Assembly: GCA_023334545.1 (NCBI GenBank)
Contig: JAADVB010000003.1
Span: 114,317-178,316 of the forward strand
DNA: 64,000 nt
From: Salisapilia sapeloensis CBS 127946
Taxonomy: Eukaryota; Protista; Oomycota
Direction: 5' to 3'
The translations under genes were made by a program, and so were the position numbers. Positions within the stretch are counted from its first letter, which is position 1. Each line of letters begins with the position of its first letter. This document shows positions 47,203 through 59,120 of this stretch, one piece after another. Below the pieces are notes generated by a model, which was given only the letters and a program-made list of their open reading frames with translations, was not told the origin of the DNA and did not search any database.

Positions 47203-48065
47203 ATGCTCGGCCAGAGGACGGAACGATCGGCATCGAGAGGAAGTGGGATACGTACACTACTTTTTATTGGTCTCACAACTGTCTTTGGTGTCTACTTGAT
47301 TGTGGTCAATGAATTTTTCTCGTCGATCGGGCAGTCTCCAGGCCAGCTAGAGGACAAGGCTGTAGCTCCGATCGAGGTGGAGGAGCCGGTGGAAACTGTG
47401 ATGACGACTGCTCCTGCAACCAGTTGGCCTAGATATCCATATCGGAAGTATGTGTGGATTGACGTAGCGATTGATGATGAGTACGTTGGACGTGTGACGG
47501 CAGAAGTAAGATGATATGCAAAAGATCTTGTTATCAGTATCGTTACATTCGATTGTGCTAGCTCTATGCTGATAAGGTGCCTAAGACCGTCGAGAACTTC
47601 CGAGCGTTGACGACGGGAGAGCTTGGTCCAGAGTATTCTTTTAAAGGAAGTACGTGCCATCGTATTATATCTGGCTTCATCGTCCAATGTGGAGACTACA
47701 CGTCTGGAAATGGACGTGGTGGCAAAAGTATCTACGGTGGCAAGTTTGATGATGAGCCGAATGGGTTGCGTCTCAAGCATTCCAAACGATACATCCTTCA
47801 GGTACGTTTACAACGGCCTTACCTCGTTCAATAGCTGATGGAAACGTATGCTCATTAGATGGCGAATGCTGGACCGAACACGAACAGGAGTCAATTCTGC
47901 TTTATGCTAGGACCAGCACCACACTTGAATGGGAAACATGTCGTGTTTGGAGAAGTTGTGGAAGGATTTGAAGTCGTGGACAAAATGGAAGCAGCGGGTG
48001 TCAAGAAAGATGGCATTCCACTTCAGCATAAAGTCGCTTTGATCGATGGCGGAGAAATCGTGTAG
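47203..48065 (+). CDS. Cyclophilin-type PPIase with N-terminal signal anchor, 3 exons
   Basis: [20 protein letters not shown]; [47 protein letters not shown]. Confidence 0.92.
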
Positions 48066-48170
48066 AACAACGCTTGCTGCGTTTCTCTACTTTCCAATCA
48101 CAAGACAGTTGCTATAAATACATTGGAGTTCCTTTTGATGCTCAAAACGCTATTTCTATCGTCTTTTACC

Positions 48171-49466
48171 ATGGTATCCGCTCCGACCGTCGGTAGCAGG
48201 ACGGATGTCTGTGCTCTTGCAGACGAAATAAAAAAGTATCGAAGTCGTGTCGTGGCAGATCGCAATAGTGGAAATGGCCTTATGCAGCATCCTTTTAAGA
48301 ACTCTGTCGTACCTCCGTTGGTACTCTTGTGCTTGAAAGTGATTTCGATTCAATTCCAGCAGCAACCGAAAGCTCAGAGTGTTCCGAGGCAATTTCTACC
48401 GGAAGTCATGTCGCGCTTGCCGCTGGACTTGGATATACTACTAGCATGCCCTCATGTTGTGGATGAAAACTACTGGAAGCGTCGTTGTCTAGCCAAGGAT
48501 GAATGGAAGAACATGCTCATCAGTGACCATGGTCTCACTTGGAAGCAGTTTTACTTGGAAAAGTTTCTACAGGAAACGCTGGAAGCATTCGATGCTACCG
48601 AGGATGACTTTGACCAGTTGATGGAAGTCATTTTCGTCTGCCGAAACTTTATTTTTACACTCGAAGTCGATCAACTACTGTCTCACGTTGATCTGGATCA
48701 GGCCTTCACTCCGCTACGAAATTTGACGAGCTTACGACTTACGTACGGCGTCAAGAGCATCGGCATGCAGTACGAACGTATGCTCTTTGGTATGAAAATA
48801 GCTGATGCGACGAGCCTAGCTCATTATCTACAAAGCACTCAGACACTCACGACGTTATGTCTGTCCAGCAACCTACTCGATGATGACTTGTTGAGGATGT
48901 TGATGACTGGTCTATCGTCCAATGCTACAATTGCCACACTTGATCTTTCACATAACAAGCTCACAAACCACGGTGCAAGGCTGCTAGCGAAGCTGCTCGG
49001 ACCTGACAGTGTCCTGACGACCCTGCGTTTGTGTGACAACCAGATCCACGCAGAAGGCGGACGGTACCTTGGTCGTGGACTCAAGTACAATACGTCATTG
49101 ATAGAGCTCGACATGCGTTTAAATCGCTTGACAGACGATGGAGGGCGTATGCTACTAGAAAACATGACGGATCATCCATCGCTATCTGTACTTCATTTAG
49201 GCAGCAACGTTTTAGGAAGTCAAACAGCCGCAACATTGGGTGAGATGCTAGAGCAAAGGAACTCTATGCTTCGATTTATTAACTTGAGCAACAACACATT
49301 AAATGAAGAAGATGCTCAATTGCTAGCCCATAGCTTAAAGCACAATGGAAATCTAGTAGCCTTGGACCTTCGACAGAATGAAATACCGGAAGAAGCAGAA
49401 TGTCGAGTGGAAATTGCTGCGAAATTGCGTCGAAACGAAGTGGATACGACGGCAGTGGCAAAGTAA
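48171..49466 (+). CDS. DRC5: Dynein regulatory complex subunit 5 (TCTE1/DRC5)-like LRR protein
   Basis: VPPLVLLCLKVI, LPLDL, DENYWKRRC, DHGLTWKQFYLE, YGVKSIGMQYE..LFGM, then RI-type LRRs. Confidence 0.85.
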   Translation: MVSAPTVGSRTDVCALADEIKKYRSRVVADRNSGNGLMQHPFKNSVVPPLVLLCLKVISIQFQQQPKAQSVPRQFLPEVMSRLPLDLDILLACPHVVDENYWKRRCLAKDEWKNMLISDHGLTWKQFYLEKFLQETLEAFDATEDDFDQLMEVIFVCRNFIFTLEVDQLLSHVDLDQAFTPLRNLTSLRLTYGVKSIGMQYERMLFGMKIADATSLAHYLQSTQTLTTLCLSSNLLDDDLLRMLMTGLSSNATIATLDLSHNKLTNHGARLLAKLLGPDSVLTTLRLCDNQIHAEGGRYLGRGLKYNTSLIELDMRLNRLTDDGGRMLLENMTDHPSLSVLHLGSNVLGSQTAATLGEMLEQRNSMLRFINLSNNTLNEEDAQLLAHSLKHNGNLVALDLRQNEIPEEAECRVEIAAKLRRNEVDTTAVAK

Positions 49467-49497
49467 AGTAGGTTGATAAGCAGATGCGAGTAAAAAT

Positions 49498-50258
49498 CTA
49501 TCTACTGTAGCGTTCAGGCGCGACAAGTAGCGCGTGATCTAGCCCAATGTAGACGACTTCATTCTTCATTCGATCCACGGAAGCGTACATTACTTGCTTC
49601 TTGACCATTTTACCAATTCGTCCATTGCTTGCGAACTTGACTGTAGGGATAGATTCTTCATATCCAACAACAATGATGATCGCAACTGCATGAGCATGTG
49701 CCGGGTTGTCTACACGAACGGTTACATGTATATTAAACGATGTAATTGGTCGAGGTACCTTCATAGATGAGGTAGTCTGCACCGAATTTAGACCCCTGCG
49801 TTACGGTATATCCGAGCTCCCACAAGTCACGAAAGACTCGTAAGCGATCACACGTCGCTTGTGCTACATGATAGAGTCCCTTTCAGTATATTGTCGTTCC
49901 AGTGTTCCAACGAGGTCGAACTTAGTTGTAAGCTTGTCACATCCACTTTCGTCTCATCACTTGGTGGGCTAACTGCAGCTTCAAGGCGATGCTGAAAGCT
50001 TTTTACGCTGTCGAGCTTGTCTGCTTGCACCGGGTCTGCTAGTAAAATGCTTTTATGATACAAACCGACGTAGAGTTCGGCCAGGTTCAGCTGTAGCTTT
50101 GTCGGTATGTCGGGTGTATCATTCGACACCTGTGGCTTGTTTGACTCGACGACTATTCCAGCAAGTCGATGTTCAGTTTGCAAGGTGTTTATTTCGTCCG
50201 TGCCGTGGACGACAGCGTATGTACTCGCGCCATCTTCCACTAAGACGACACTCGTCAT
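49498..50258 (-). CDS. TSEN34: tRNA-splicing endonuclease catalytic subunit Sen34, 3 exons
   Basis: EHRLAGIVV N-terminus; RVFRDLWELGYTVTQGSKFGADYLIYEDNPAHAHA; GRIGKMVKK (Y/H/K triad). The first intron position is uncertain. Confidence 0.82.
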
Positions 50259-50803
50259 TTTTTTCCGAGCGTGTCCGTTAGAAGCTGTCTGTTGGTGAGT
50301 AATCGCTTGATTAGGGCTCTCGACCTATACTGTAGCTCGATCTTAGCTTCAACATGGATAGATACGATATACTACGCCGTCTTGCTAGAGGAAGGATACT
50401 GGACAAGCGGAGTAGCAGTAGTTGAAATACTTTTAAATGTTTGCTTATTTACGATTAACGTGTTCTTCTATGGTGAATGTGGAAATCTTGCGGACTCGAC
50501 GCTTAAAGTGCTGTAGTAAGTGAAAACTGAAGACTACAAGCCGAGTGAAGAGTAGGTTGGAAACGAGGCAATAGCTAGCATCTATCTTTTTTGAATATTC
50601 GATCCTCGACGTGCAGTTTACTTTAGGAAGTGAGTCCTCTAAGTTGCTTCTTGATGGCTAGCATCTGCAAAAGGAAGTTATCGCAGGAAGCGATAACAAA
50701 CCAAACGGTCTAGCCTTTCTTGGACGCAGTGTAAAACTATTCGGGATGCTTGCCATATCCACACGCACCTTTAAAAAGTAACTATGGTGGGTGCAGCAAA
50801 AAA

Positions 50804-50884
50804 CGACAGCTGTGAGATTCGAACTCACGCGGGTTGCCCCACTAACTTAGCAGGCTAGCGCCTTAACCACTCGGCCAAGCTGTC
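50804..50884 (-). tRNA. tRNA-Ser(GCU), intronless, long variable arm
   Basis: GACAGCT...AGCTGTC-G acceptor stem, TGGCCGAGTGG A-box, anticodon arm CTAGC-CTGCTAA-GTTAG, GTTCGAATC B-box, followed by a T6 Pol III terminator. Confidence 0.97.
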
Positions 50885-50953
50885 TTGTTATAAGGTTAAA
50901 CGATAAGCTTGCTTAAAAAGTAAGTTTTTCCATGGCAAATACATGCAAATACA

Positions 50954-51396
50954 TCAAAGTGTCTGTTTCTTACGACGCATTGGGCTGCACGCAAGGGAGA
51001 ATTTTGCAGCCACTTGGACGATAACCTCCTTCATTTCATTCTTGGATATCTTTGCGTTGATCATGTGGCTTTCCATAGCGAACGCCACATCGCTAATGCG
51101 TTTTGCATGTAAAATTGCCTTCTTCTGTTCTGCTCGAAGCTTCTTATACAATCTCTTTTTGCGTTGTTTCGAAAGCGGCTTCTCATTTTTCTCTTTCAAT
51201 TCAGTAGCAGTTCCTTCGGGTCCTTTTTGTTTGAGCTCTTCCACGCTGTCTTGTTCAGTTGGACCTGTGGCCACATTATGCTCTAGTCCGTCAATTGTTA
51301 ATTCTTACGTTGGACCCTCAGTCCGTCCGCGTTTACCCAGCAGAGATTCATTAATACCCTCGTACGTATTGACGTATATAGACCCGTCTTCACTCA
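50954..51396 (-). CDS. Small basic hypothetical protein (Lys/Arg-rich), probably 2 exons
   Basis: ORF 50954-51274 (KQRKKRLYKKLRAEQKK) with GTAAGA donor and CAG acceptor near 51260-51305; start uncertain. Confidence 0.45.
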
Positions 51397-51516
51397 TTGC
51401 TTGTGGGTTTCGTGAGCAATTGACGCTATGGCATTGCGATATTGAAGTTAAACCGTCCGTATCCAACTAATTACGACGTTTAATGATTACGTGACAGAAA
51501 TAAATCCGAATTTATC

Positions 51517-53150
51517 ATGGACCAAGTACCGACGTCCCCGCCAGCGCCGACCGCTACGCCACCACCTTCTCCTGCTGGGGATTGCATGGAGGCACCATCA
51601 CCTGGCCCTATTGTGACGCTTGGTATGCGAGAAAAGTATGAGCAATGGGTCGTGAAACATGCGAGTCTAGCTCGGAATTTTGAGAGCGCCCTGTACATCG
51701 CTCCTCAGCTTGTTCCAGTACGTTTTCGAGCTGCTTGGAGCACGAGGAATAGATTCCCATGATTTTTTGTGTTGTGTATGTAGAAAACCATGGTCGAGCC
51801 AGAGGTGGCAACGCAGTCGGGCTATGCTGTCATCGGACTGCTCCACTTGTACCATGACAATGTCTTGTACAGGTCCTCCCACGACTCATCGATCGTCCCG
51901 AACACCAAGAACGACGAGTAAATGGCATTTTTATGTATGCTGTACTAGGCTCATGTATACTAATATTGGTTTCTTCGTAGCATCACACGTCTCGTTCGTG
52001 TTCCGTTGTCTATTGCTTCCAAAATCCAGGTCATTGCAGAGGTTTTAGCTGGAAAGTGGGGTGGACAGATCGTCAAATGGCGTGTGGTATGTATCATACG
52101 ATCTCCAAGATGATGCAGCTAGTGTACTATCGTTTGTATTAGATTGTCTGGCTAGAGACGATCAAAAGTCTATTCCGACTCGTCCTGATCATCCAACGAC
52201 GACGTGGAATGCTCCTTCGTGGCGGCATGGTATGAATCTACTCACACGCCTATTTAAACACATCTAACTACCTAAAAACGAACAGTACACAGGGGTGCAA
52301 TCGTCCGGCGAAAAGCAGTCTGTGGACGATTCTTTGGACAAGCGTGGGGCACGCACAGGCAAAGTCTTTGCTTCCAAGTCTACAACCATCGCCCGTACAA
52401 TCTACCTTCATGCGACATTTCTATATATGCATACTGACAAAACTATTCATTAGCTACTTCGGAGAAACCATCAAAATCTACCACTTTGACGTTTGATGTA
52501 TCTCTATCCATACTCGTATCCTTCTATTCAAACTAAACGACTGCATAGGATGCTACTATTCCTGTGGAAGAATCTTCCCGTGAAGGTCTGATGCTTGGTG
52601 GAGAAATCATGCACGTCCTTCGTCCTCCCGTCTACGCTTTCATGCGTCAATCTCGACCGGATTCTTCATGGACGCCTGCGATTGTCGCTGCCACCATCGA
52701 GATCACTGGGTACGCAACCTTTCTCTCACAGTAGACGACAGGTACTAACTGTCATATACAGTTTACTATGCTCTGCGGCTGCACTGAAGCCAGTGGAAAG
52801 CAGTAAGCCAGCACCTACTGGCACACAAAAGGCTCAGGAAGAACTTCGTGCTCGAAAGGTCCTTTCAGCCTGCTTTGATATCGCTAGATGCTGTATCTAA
52901 AGACCAATTGTAGATGGCATTGCTCATGTATCTGCTTCGTGATCCCATGTTCGACAGCGTCACGAAACCAACGACGAACAAGGTACGTTTGTAGTCGTCC
53001 AAAAGAGTGATAGAAGCTTACGTTTGTATTATCGTCTAGGTCTGCGACGTCTTGGAGACGATTCCATTGGTTGGAAAAGTCACGCGCAGTGTGACGGACG
53101 CCGTGCTCAATTACATGCACCAATTCTACTTTTACACGTCGGCGTCGTAA
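51517..53150 (+). CDS. PEX16: Peroxisomal membrane protein PEX16, multi-exon
   Basis: YEQWVVKHASLARNFESALY, GLLHLYHDNVL, YLLRDPMFDSVTK, IPLVG, FYFYTSAS*. Confidence 0.85.
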
Positions 53151-53202
53151 GCACGACTCGTTTGTACGCAAATAGGAAGAATGACATGACAAGATTGGAG
53201 CT

Positions 53203-54822
53203 TTACGCGTCGTTTTCCGTTCGTTCCGAAACAGCTTTATAGAAGAGCAAGTAGGCAGTTGTCATCGCCTCATGTTCTAACGTCCATGTATCGATAACAT
53301 GGACGACATCGTCATCGATTTTCAACCAACGAGGACCGTCTGCTAGGTCATGCCGGACGTACGCAATGTAATGGCCTGCATCGATACTCGCACCAATGTG
53401 AGCACATACTGCTGTTAGTTGGTACTGTAGACGATTGCCATCTTCCTGCATAAACATGTTGGAGGAAATGTCCAGCGGCGGATTGTCGATGGGGAACGTG
53501 ACGCTCGTCTCGATTTTATCGACGCCACCTCCCCAATCCAATTGCTGGAAACGTTGTAATTGGAAAATGAGTGTGTTGGGAGCACGTTGGAAGAGCTCTT
53601 GCGTCGATCGTTTCGTCTTCATTTTACAATAGCCGTCACAAAAGACTTTGTTATCATCCGACAGTTGTTCTACCGAGTGCACGGCTTGTAAACAATCCGT
53701 TAGCGTCGTCTCGGACTTGGAAGAATCGATACTTAACGTGCAAAGTCTATCGATACGATATAAAGGAGATGTTTCTATCTGGAAGTAATGCACGTACCTG
53801 AATTCTTGGTGTAGACTACTGAGATACGAACAGCTCATGCATTTCGATCCTCGGACGATCTGTCCGGCAAAGAGACGAGTGATGAATGAATCATTCTGTC
53901 GGACATACTTCATCCAGCTTATATCTCCCAGTTTACCTACTCTGAATCAGTTAAACGATCTCGGAATAAAAAGATGTGAGAAGAGCGTACGGACGATGGG
54001 GATGTATCCGATGGCATTATGCGAGTGACATCGAGCTAGTTGGTCTCGATACTCTTTCTCCATGACATCCTCTTCTTTGGAACATGCTACGACAGGAGTG
54101 ACGTCTGATGGAGTTGTTTGTTGCGTCTTGGTCTTGAATAAGTCGCTGAGCATGTCTAGCAAGAAGGATAGAAACTCCTATGAGGGAGCATTAGATGGTG
54201 CGTTTAGGAGAATGTATCGAGATGCAACCTCTGCATCCTGCTGTTCCTGCTCTTCTTCCATTGTGCAGACGAGGTAGGTGCATTTACTGAGTGCTTCTAG
54301 CATCTGAATGAGTTTCTCTCGATTTTCATCTCGCTTCTCTTTGAATTGTCTCTGATTCGTGTCGAAATGATCGTACGGAATCATATATGCGTCTTCCTCT
54401 GAAATCAGGTCTTCATCTTCATCACCACTGATGCCGTATAATAGATCTACGAGTGCATATGCGGCGTTCAATTGGTTTGTCTCTTCGGCGTGGTCGTCCT
54501 TGGATGACTTATCAAGAGCCTGCTCTGCCTTTGTGATGGCATGTTCCAGTTCATCAATAAACCCTGGCACAACACGTAGACACTGAACGATTGCATTGAT
54601 GAAGCAGTTATTGCCGAAATTGATCAGACCGCTTGGTGCGCCTTGAAACGGTGGACTCGTCATGTCATCGTCGATCAAGCTCGTGAGCATCCGGTACGAC
54701 GGTTGTACGAATCGTTTCAAGATGTCTGGAGTCAAGGCATTCACAACCGCAACGACGCTTTTCCAGGTCGCAGCGCCAAGTGACTGCAACACTCGAGTTG
54801 GCGACCAGCTCGAGGGGAGCAT
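53203..54822 (-). CDS. Ubiquitin C-terminal hydrolase (USP/C19), multi-exon
   Basis: Cys box GLINFGNNCFINAIVQCL; QEQQDAE; QLQRF; His box HIGASIDAGHYIAYV; WLKIDD; AYLLFY. Confidence 0.9.
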
Positions 54823-54909
54823 CGAGTTCGTCTTTTGGACGTGAACTCGACCGTTTTCCTACTGACTTGTACCGATGCCGTACCACTTGGACACAAAAGT
54901 GGACACGAA

Positions 54910-55820
54910 ATGATCGGTCATCGGATGCTGCGATCAGCGTTGCGTACGCGGTCTACCTGGGCAGCATGTGTACCTGCACAGGTTGGAAATTATGCCGGAC
55001 GATGCTATAGTACAACTTTGGAAAAGTAGGATGCTGTAATTGTGTTATTGTATTGAGTTTGGGTGTATTGATCGATGTGGGTGTCTGGATAGGACACAAG
55101 AAGCGTCAAAGCGAGTACATGAGACTGCTATTGCACAAGATTGTAGCCATAGGTGGATGAGATGGCTGGGACTCGGTAGTACTACCCAAATGTACTGCTC
55201 TTTTCTGATGAGCGCGAACATGGTGTACCAAGCATTTGGCGGTGATAACCTATACGAGGTGCATTGGCGTACTTGTCGTTGTATACATGAATTAAAAGCC
55301 CTTATCGGAGTGACTGTAGACACTAGCGATGGGTGGAGCGATTTCAAGCGCTTCATCTTCAGTCTACTTTGGAGCCAAACTCTATTGTAACAGTATCGTC
55401 ACGGACGTTATCTCCGTTCGAGATGTCGCTTACAAAGGTCCTTTTATATCCTCTAACTGCATGTACGAAGACTTACATGCATATCTGCAGAGGAATTGGT
55501 GCGTATCACTATGCTTGGTGTTATGGAAAAATGGTCGATCACGACCACGCCATCAGGTATGTCTTGTCATTCCTTCCCACTAGATCGTGCGAGAAACAAA
55601 ACGTCTGCCATCCATAGAGCTAAAGCTTATGGAGCATCCTGGTCAAGGTGTCTACAAGTTCCGTATCTTCAACCGAATCCTCAATCTAGATACAACTCGT
55701 GGCGAGTGCCACAATCACAAGGCACTCGAGATTCTGCTACAAGGCAAACCACTTCTATCTCGTCGATCCATCCAGCCAAAGAAAGAGGGGAAGAAGAAGC
55801 GACAAAAGAAACGTTCTTAA
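54910..55820 (+). CDS. Putative mitochondrial membrane protein (TMEM70/186/223-like), about 5 exons
   Basis: Presequence-like exon 1 (MLRSALRTRSTW...RCYST); spliced product with two moderately hydrophobic segments and a basic tail. Gene model and family are tentative. Confidence 0.45.
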
Positions 55821-55885
55821 ACGCGCAAAAGATATACAAAACGCATGTTATTTTTTGCTCACACCGTTCTCCCTCAAAAGATTTC

Positions 55886-58821
55886 TTACTCCAAATGCAT
55901 CCCATCCGTGTGTTCCAAAATGCTGAATTGGCAGATCGGACAAGCTGGATTCACCTCTAGCCACGCATCGATGCAGTCCACGTGGTACGAGTGGAAGCAC
56001 GGGAGAGACTTGATCTCATCGCCCACGCCAAAGCTGTAGCGACAGATGAGGCAACTATAGACACACATGTAAGCAAGAGAGATGAATGCGACAATCTAAG
56101 GATAATCTACTCTGGTGTCGCTTGGTCACTATTCTCCTTCGCACCACTGTAGACGTAGGTAGGCAGTTGGCGTATCAAGGCTGAATTCGGACCATTGCGA
56201 CTGTAAGAACCTCGTTAGTAACTTGCTATTATAAAGATACAAGTTGCACATACCTAGACATGGAGTTTCGACTAGAGTGAGAGTTGGACGATCGTCGCTG
56301 TGTGTCCATCTCCCGCTGTATTTCTTGATTGACTGTGGCATAGTCAGCAGTAAGTACACTCCATTCGATCTATGAACGCAGTGGAATAATTACCAGCTCG
56401 ATAGGTACTGGTGACACGCAGTCCTTCGACGATGCTTTCATAGTTCACCTACACAACCAAATCATTATATCCTGATCGTGCATATACCAAGAGTGAGTGA
56501 GCCTACTTCTCCATCAAAAGTAAATCCGTCCGAATCTAATGAGTAGAACTTTAGTATGCAATCACACAGTATCCAATAGCAACGTACGAAGTTCTCGGTC
56601 GAATATATCTTGCAGCCAGCGTGCATATTCCTCGTCAAACGTCAATCCTACATCCATTATTAATTCTCCATTCCAAAGATAAAGAATATGTTATCAATAC
56701 CATTTCCAGGTCCAAAGGAAGATGGGAAGTTTTCATGCAGAAAGTCTGGATCGACATCCATCTCCTCTAGTTTCTCCCGGATAACTTGATGGATAGGGTA
56801 CTTAAACAAGTACCGATACGGCAGGACTTTGTGCTCTCCATCTTGTAGCTCGACGTGGAACATAAGGTAGATTTCTAGTCGCCCACGTCGCTCCTTTCGC
56901 ACCACTTCAATCTTGTCCAGCAATACGTCTCCAAAGCACGTCCGAACGTTCGGCTGCTTGAGGACAAAGGCCAGGAGACCAGGACCATCATACTTTCTCG
57001 GCTTTGGTTCTTGCACGGACGCCACAGGAGGCTCTGCAGAAGCACTCCAGCGTGTCTGCATCGCGTCAAAGGAAGGCGAAAGGCCATCGCCTGAGACGTT
57101 GCTCACGTCAGGAGCAAATGCACTGCTTTCACATGCATATTGGACTTGCAGAGCAAAGTGTTTCGGTAGTTTACTCGAAGCGAAATCAAAGTCTCCTTCA
57201 CTTAGGAAGAGCGTGACTTCGCCCGTGATAAAGCCACTAGGTGTATCTTCCAGCCGATGCAAGAGCAAACTCGCGTTTAAACGGCACTCTAGCAACAACT
57301 CTCCCTGCCTTCCGTACGGTAGGTGGTACATCTTGATGGTAAAGTCATTGCACTCATCTACGGTTTTCCCAACGTTGTACATGTGAGGTCCTTGACGCAA
57401 GTCGACGCTACGTACGCCTTGTACTAGACTGGAGAATCTGACACCCTTTTCATTTTGAATGACAAAGTACGGACGCTGCGGGTCTGATCCGAAAGAACTG
57501 GAGGACGCATCTAGATCGTCACTACTAGTGGAGCTAGATGCGTCATGCATGTCATTCATCATAACGAACTGGTGAATATAGATGGAGGCAGGAGCAGGCA
57601 CGACAGCTGTGCCTTTTAGTTTCGGCTGCTCATCCACTTCACTCAAGGATCGAGCGAATTGCATCACTTCTTTATCTCGAATCTCTAGTAGCTGACAGAA
57701 ATCTGCTACGAAGCGAGCTTGTGGACGAGGAACGACACCATCGACCTTATCTTGCTGATCAAAGCTAAATGTACGCTGGAGCAGTTTTGCCGGCCAGCTC
57801 TCGGCATTTCGAATGTGCTGTTGATAGATGTCTAGAATGTCATAGCTAAAGTGCGCTGGGAAGGAGCTTGTGCAGGTTTCATAGAGAGAACAGCACGTGC
57901 CAAAGACACTCGTCTGTTCATTGTTGGGTGCGAGGAGGATAGCGTTATTGTCTGGACTGAGGTCGAGCCATCCAGCGACGGTGGATGCTACTACAAAGGC
58001 AGAATGCATGGAAGGTATGCTTCCGCGGGTGTACGCAATGGACGCAACACGACCATCTAATTGATGAATGAGTATAGATAGAGGAATGTGGAGGAATTAA
58101 CCGTACCGCAAAATTCGTCATAGGCGAGTGGTTTCTGGTGCATACGCTTGACACCATCAAAGAGTCCACAATCAAAGACACAGGCGCCAAAGCCAAACCT
58201 GAAACGAAATACGTTAGTCTCTAGGAAGGATAGATGATACGAGAAGAAATCCTACTTTTTCGACAAAAGACTGTCTAGTTGGTCGAGTAATCTCGTTGCT
58301 GCATTCCAATGTCGTGGTGCGACATGTCCTTTTAATATTCGTTGAAAGATATTGACGTATGCGGGTGCGACGCAGTAGACGCTACAACCATCCATCAGTA
58401 TTGTAATGATATATAGAGATAGTGGAGGCATATACCGTGGCGCGATCATGATAAAGTATCCGTCATCGGAGGCTTTGGCGGCGAGTGCGTGCTGCACAGC
58501 AGTCTGCACGGACGTATGCAAGCGACTCGTCCAGAAAAGCATACGGTTGGGTCCGTTCTCACCTTCTTTTTCCTGATTACTCTCGCTCGGTTCTTCCATC
58601 TCGTTGTCCGTTTCAGACGCTGGTGCTGGCGCCTTATCCTCGTGCTCTTCGTCTTCTAACGTCGTGACGGAAGAAGAGCGAGAAGATGGGACTGGGCGAG
58701 ACCCGTGACGATTGAGAAGCCGTCGAATGCGTGGGTCTTCTGCCACTCTCTCCGAGTTCATGCGTCGAATAAGCGTCGACCCGCGTTCGACCCATGCTAA
58801 TGTCGGTGGTAACGACTCCAT
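55886..58821 (-). CDS. PTEN/tensin-like pseudophosphatase + C2 + UIM-like + RING-H2 protein, about 9 exons
   Basis: Canonical introns join ORFs 58252-59235, 56660-58009 and 55886-56068 in frame; AGWLDLSPDNNAILL, VPRPQARFVADFCQLL, C2-like strands, DEEYARWLQ, LIRQLPTY, CLIC...LPCFHSYHVDCIDAWL...CPIC. Start 58821 or 59022. Confidence 0.78.
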
Positions 58822-59120
58822 ACGTTCTCTTTTCTCTACTGAGCACACTGGACCGACCTCTTCGGCCTCGCTGTGCGTTCGAGTGTGGCCCTTTGGGATC
58901 ACTATCCTTATTTCGCAACGTCTGTGTTGCCAAATAAGGTTTCGCAACCTTCCTACGACCTGACGACAACGAAGAAAAAGAATATGTACGACCATCGACA
59001 TCTCTATTTTCTGGTTCTCCATACAGAAAACAAGGTAAATGGATATGAAAGATCTACTAAAGTCCAGAAGTGTCAAGAAGATTGGTAATGAAAGCGGACT
59101 TGTGCTTGTATTGGACGACA

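Noticed and set aside
49848-49930. Apparent frameshift in TSEN34
   Set aside because: Explained by a roughly 58-nt intron ending at ...TCATGTAG; no need to invoke recoding.
50677-50697. 8-bp hairpin GTTATCGC-AGGAA-GCGATAAC near the tRNA
   Set aside because: One 8-bp stem is expected by chance in 64 kb; no supporting features.
50943-51470. 175-aa plus-strand ORF
   Set aside because: Antisense shadow of the basic minus-strand ORF; composition mirrors the opposite strand.
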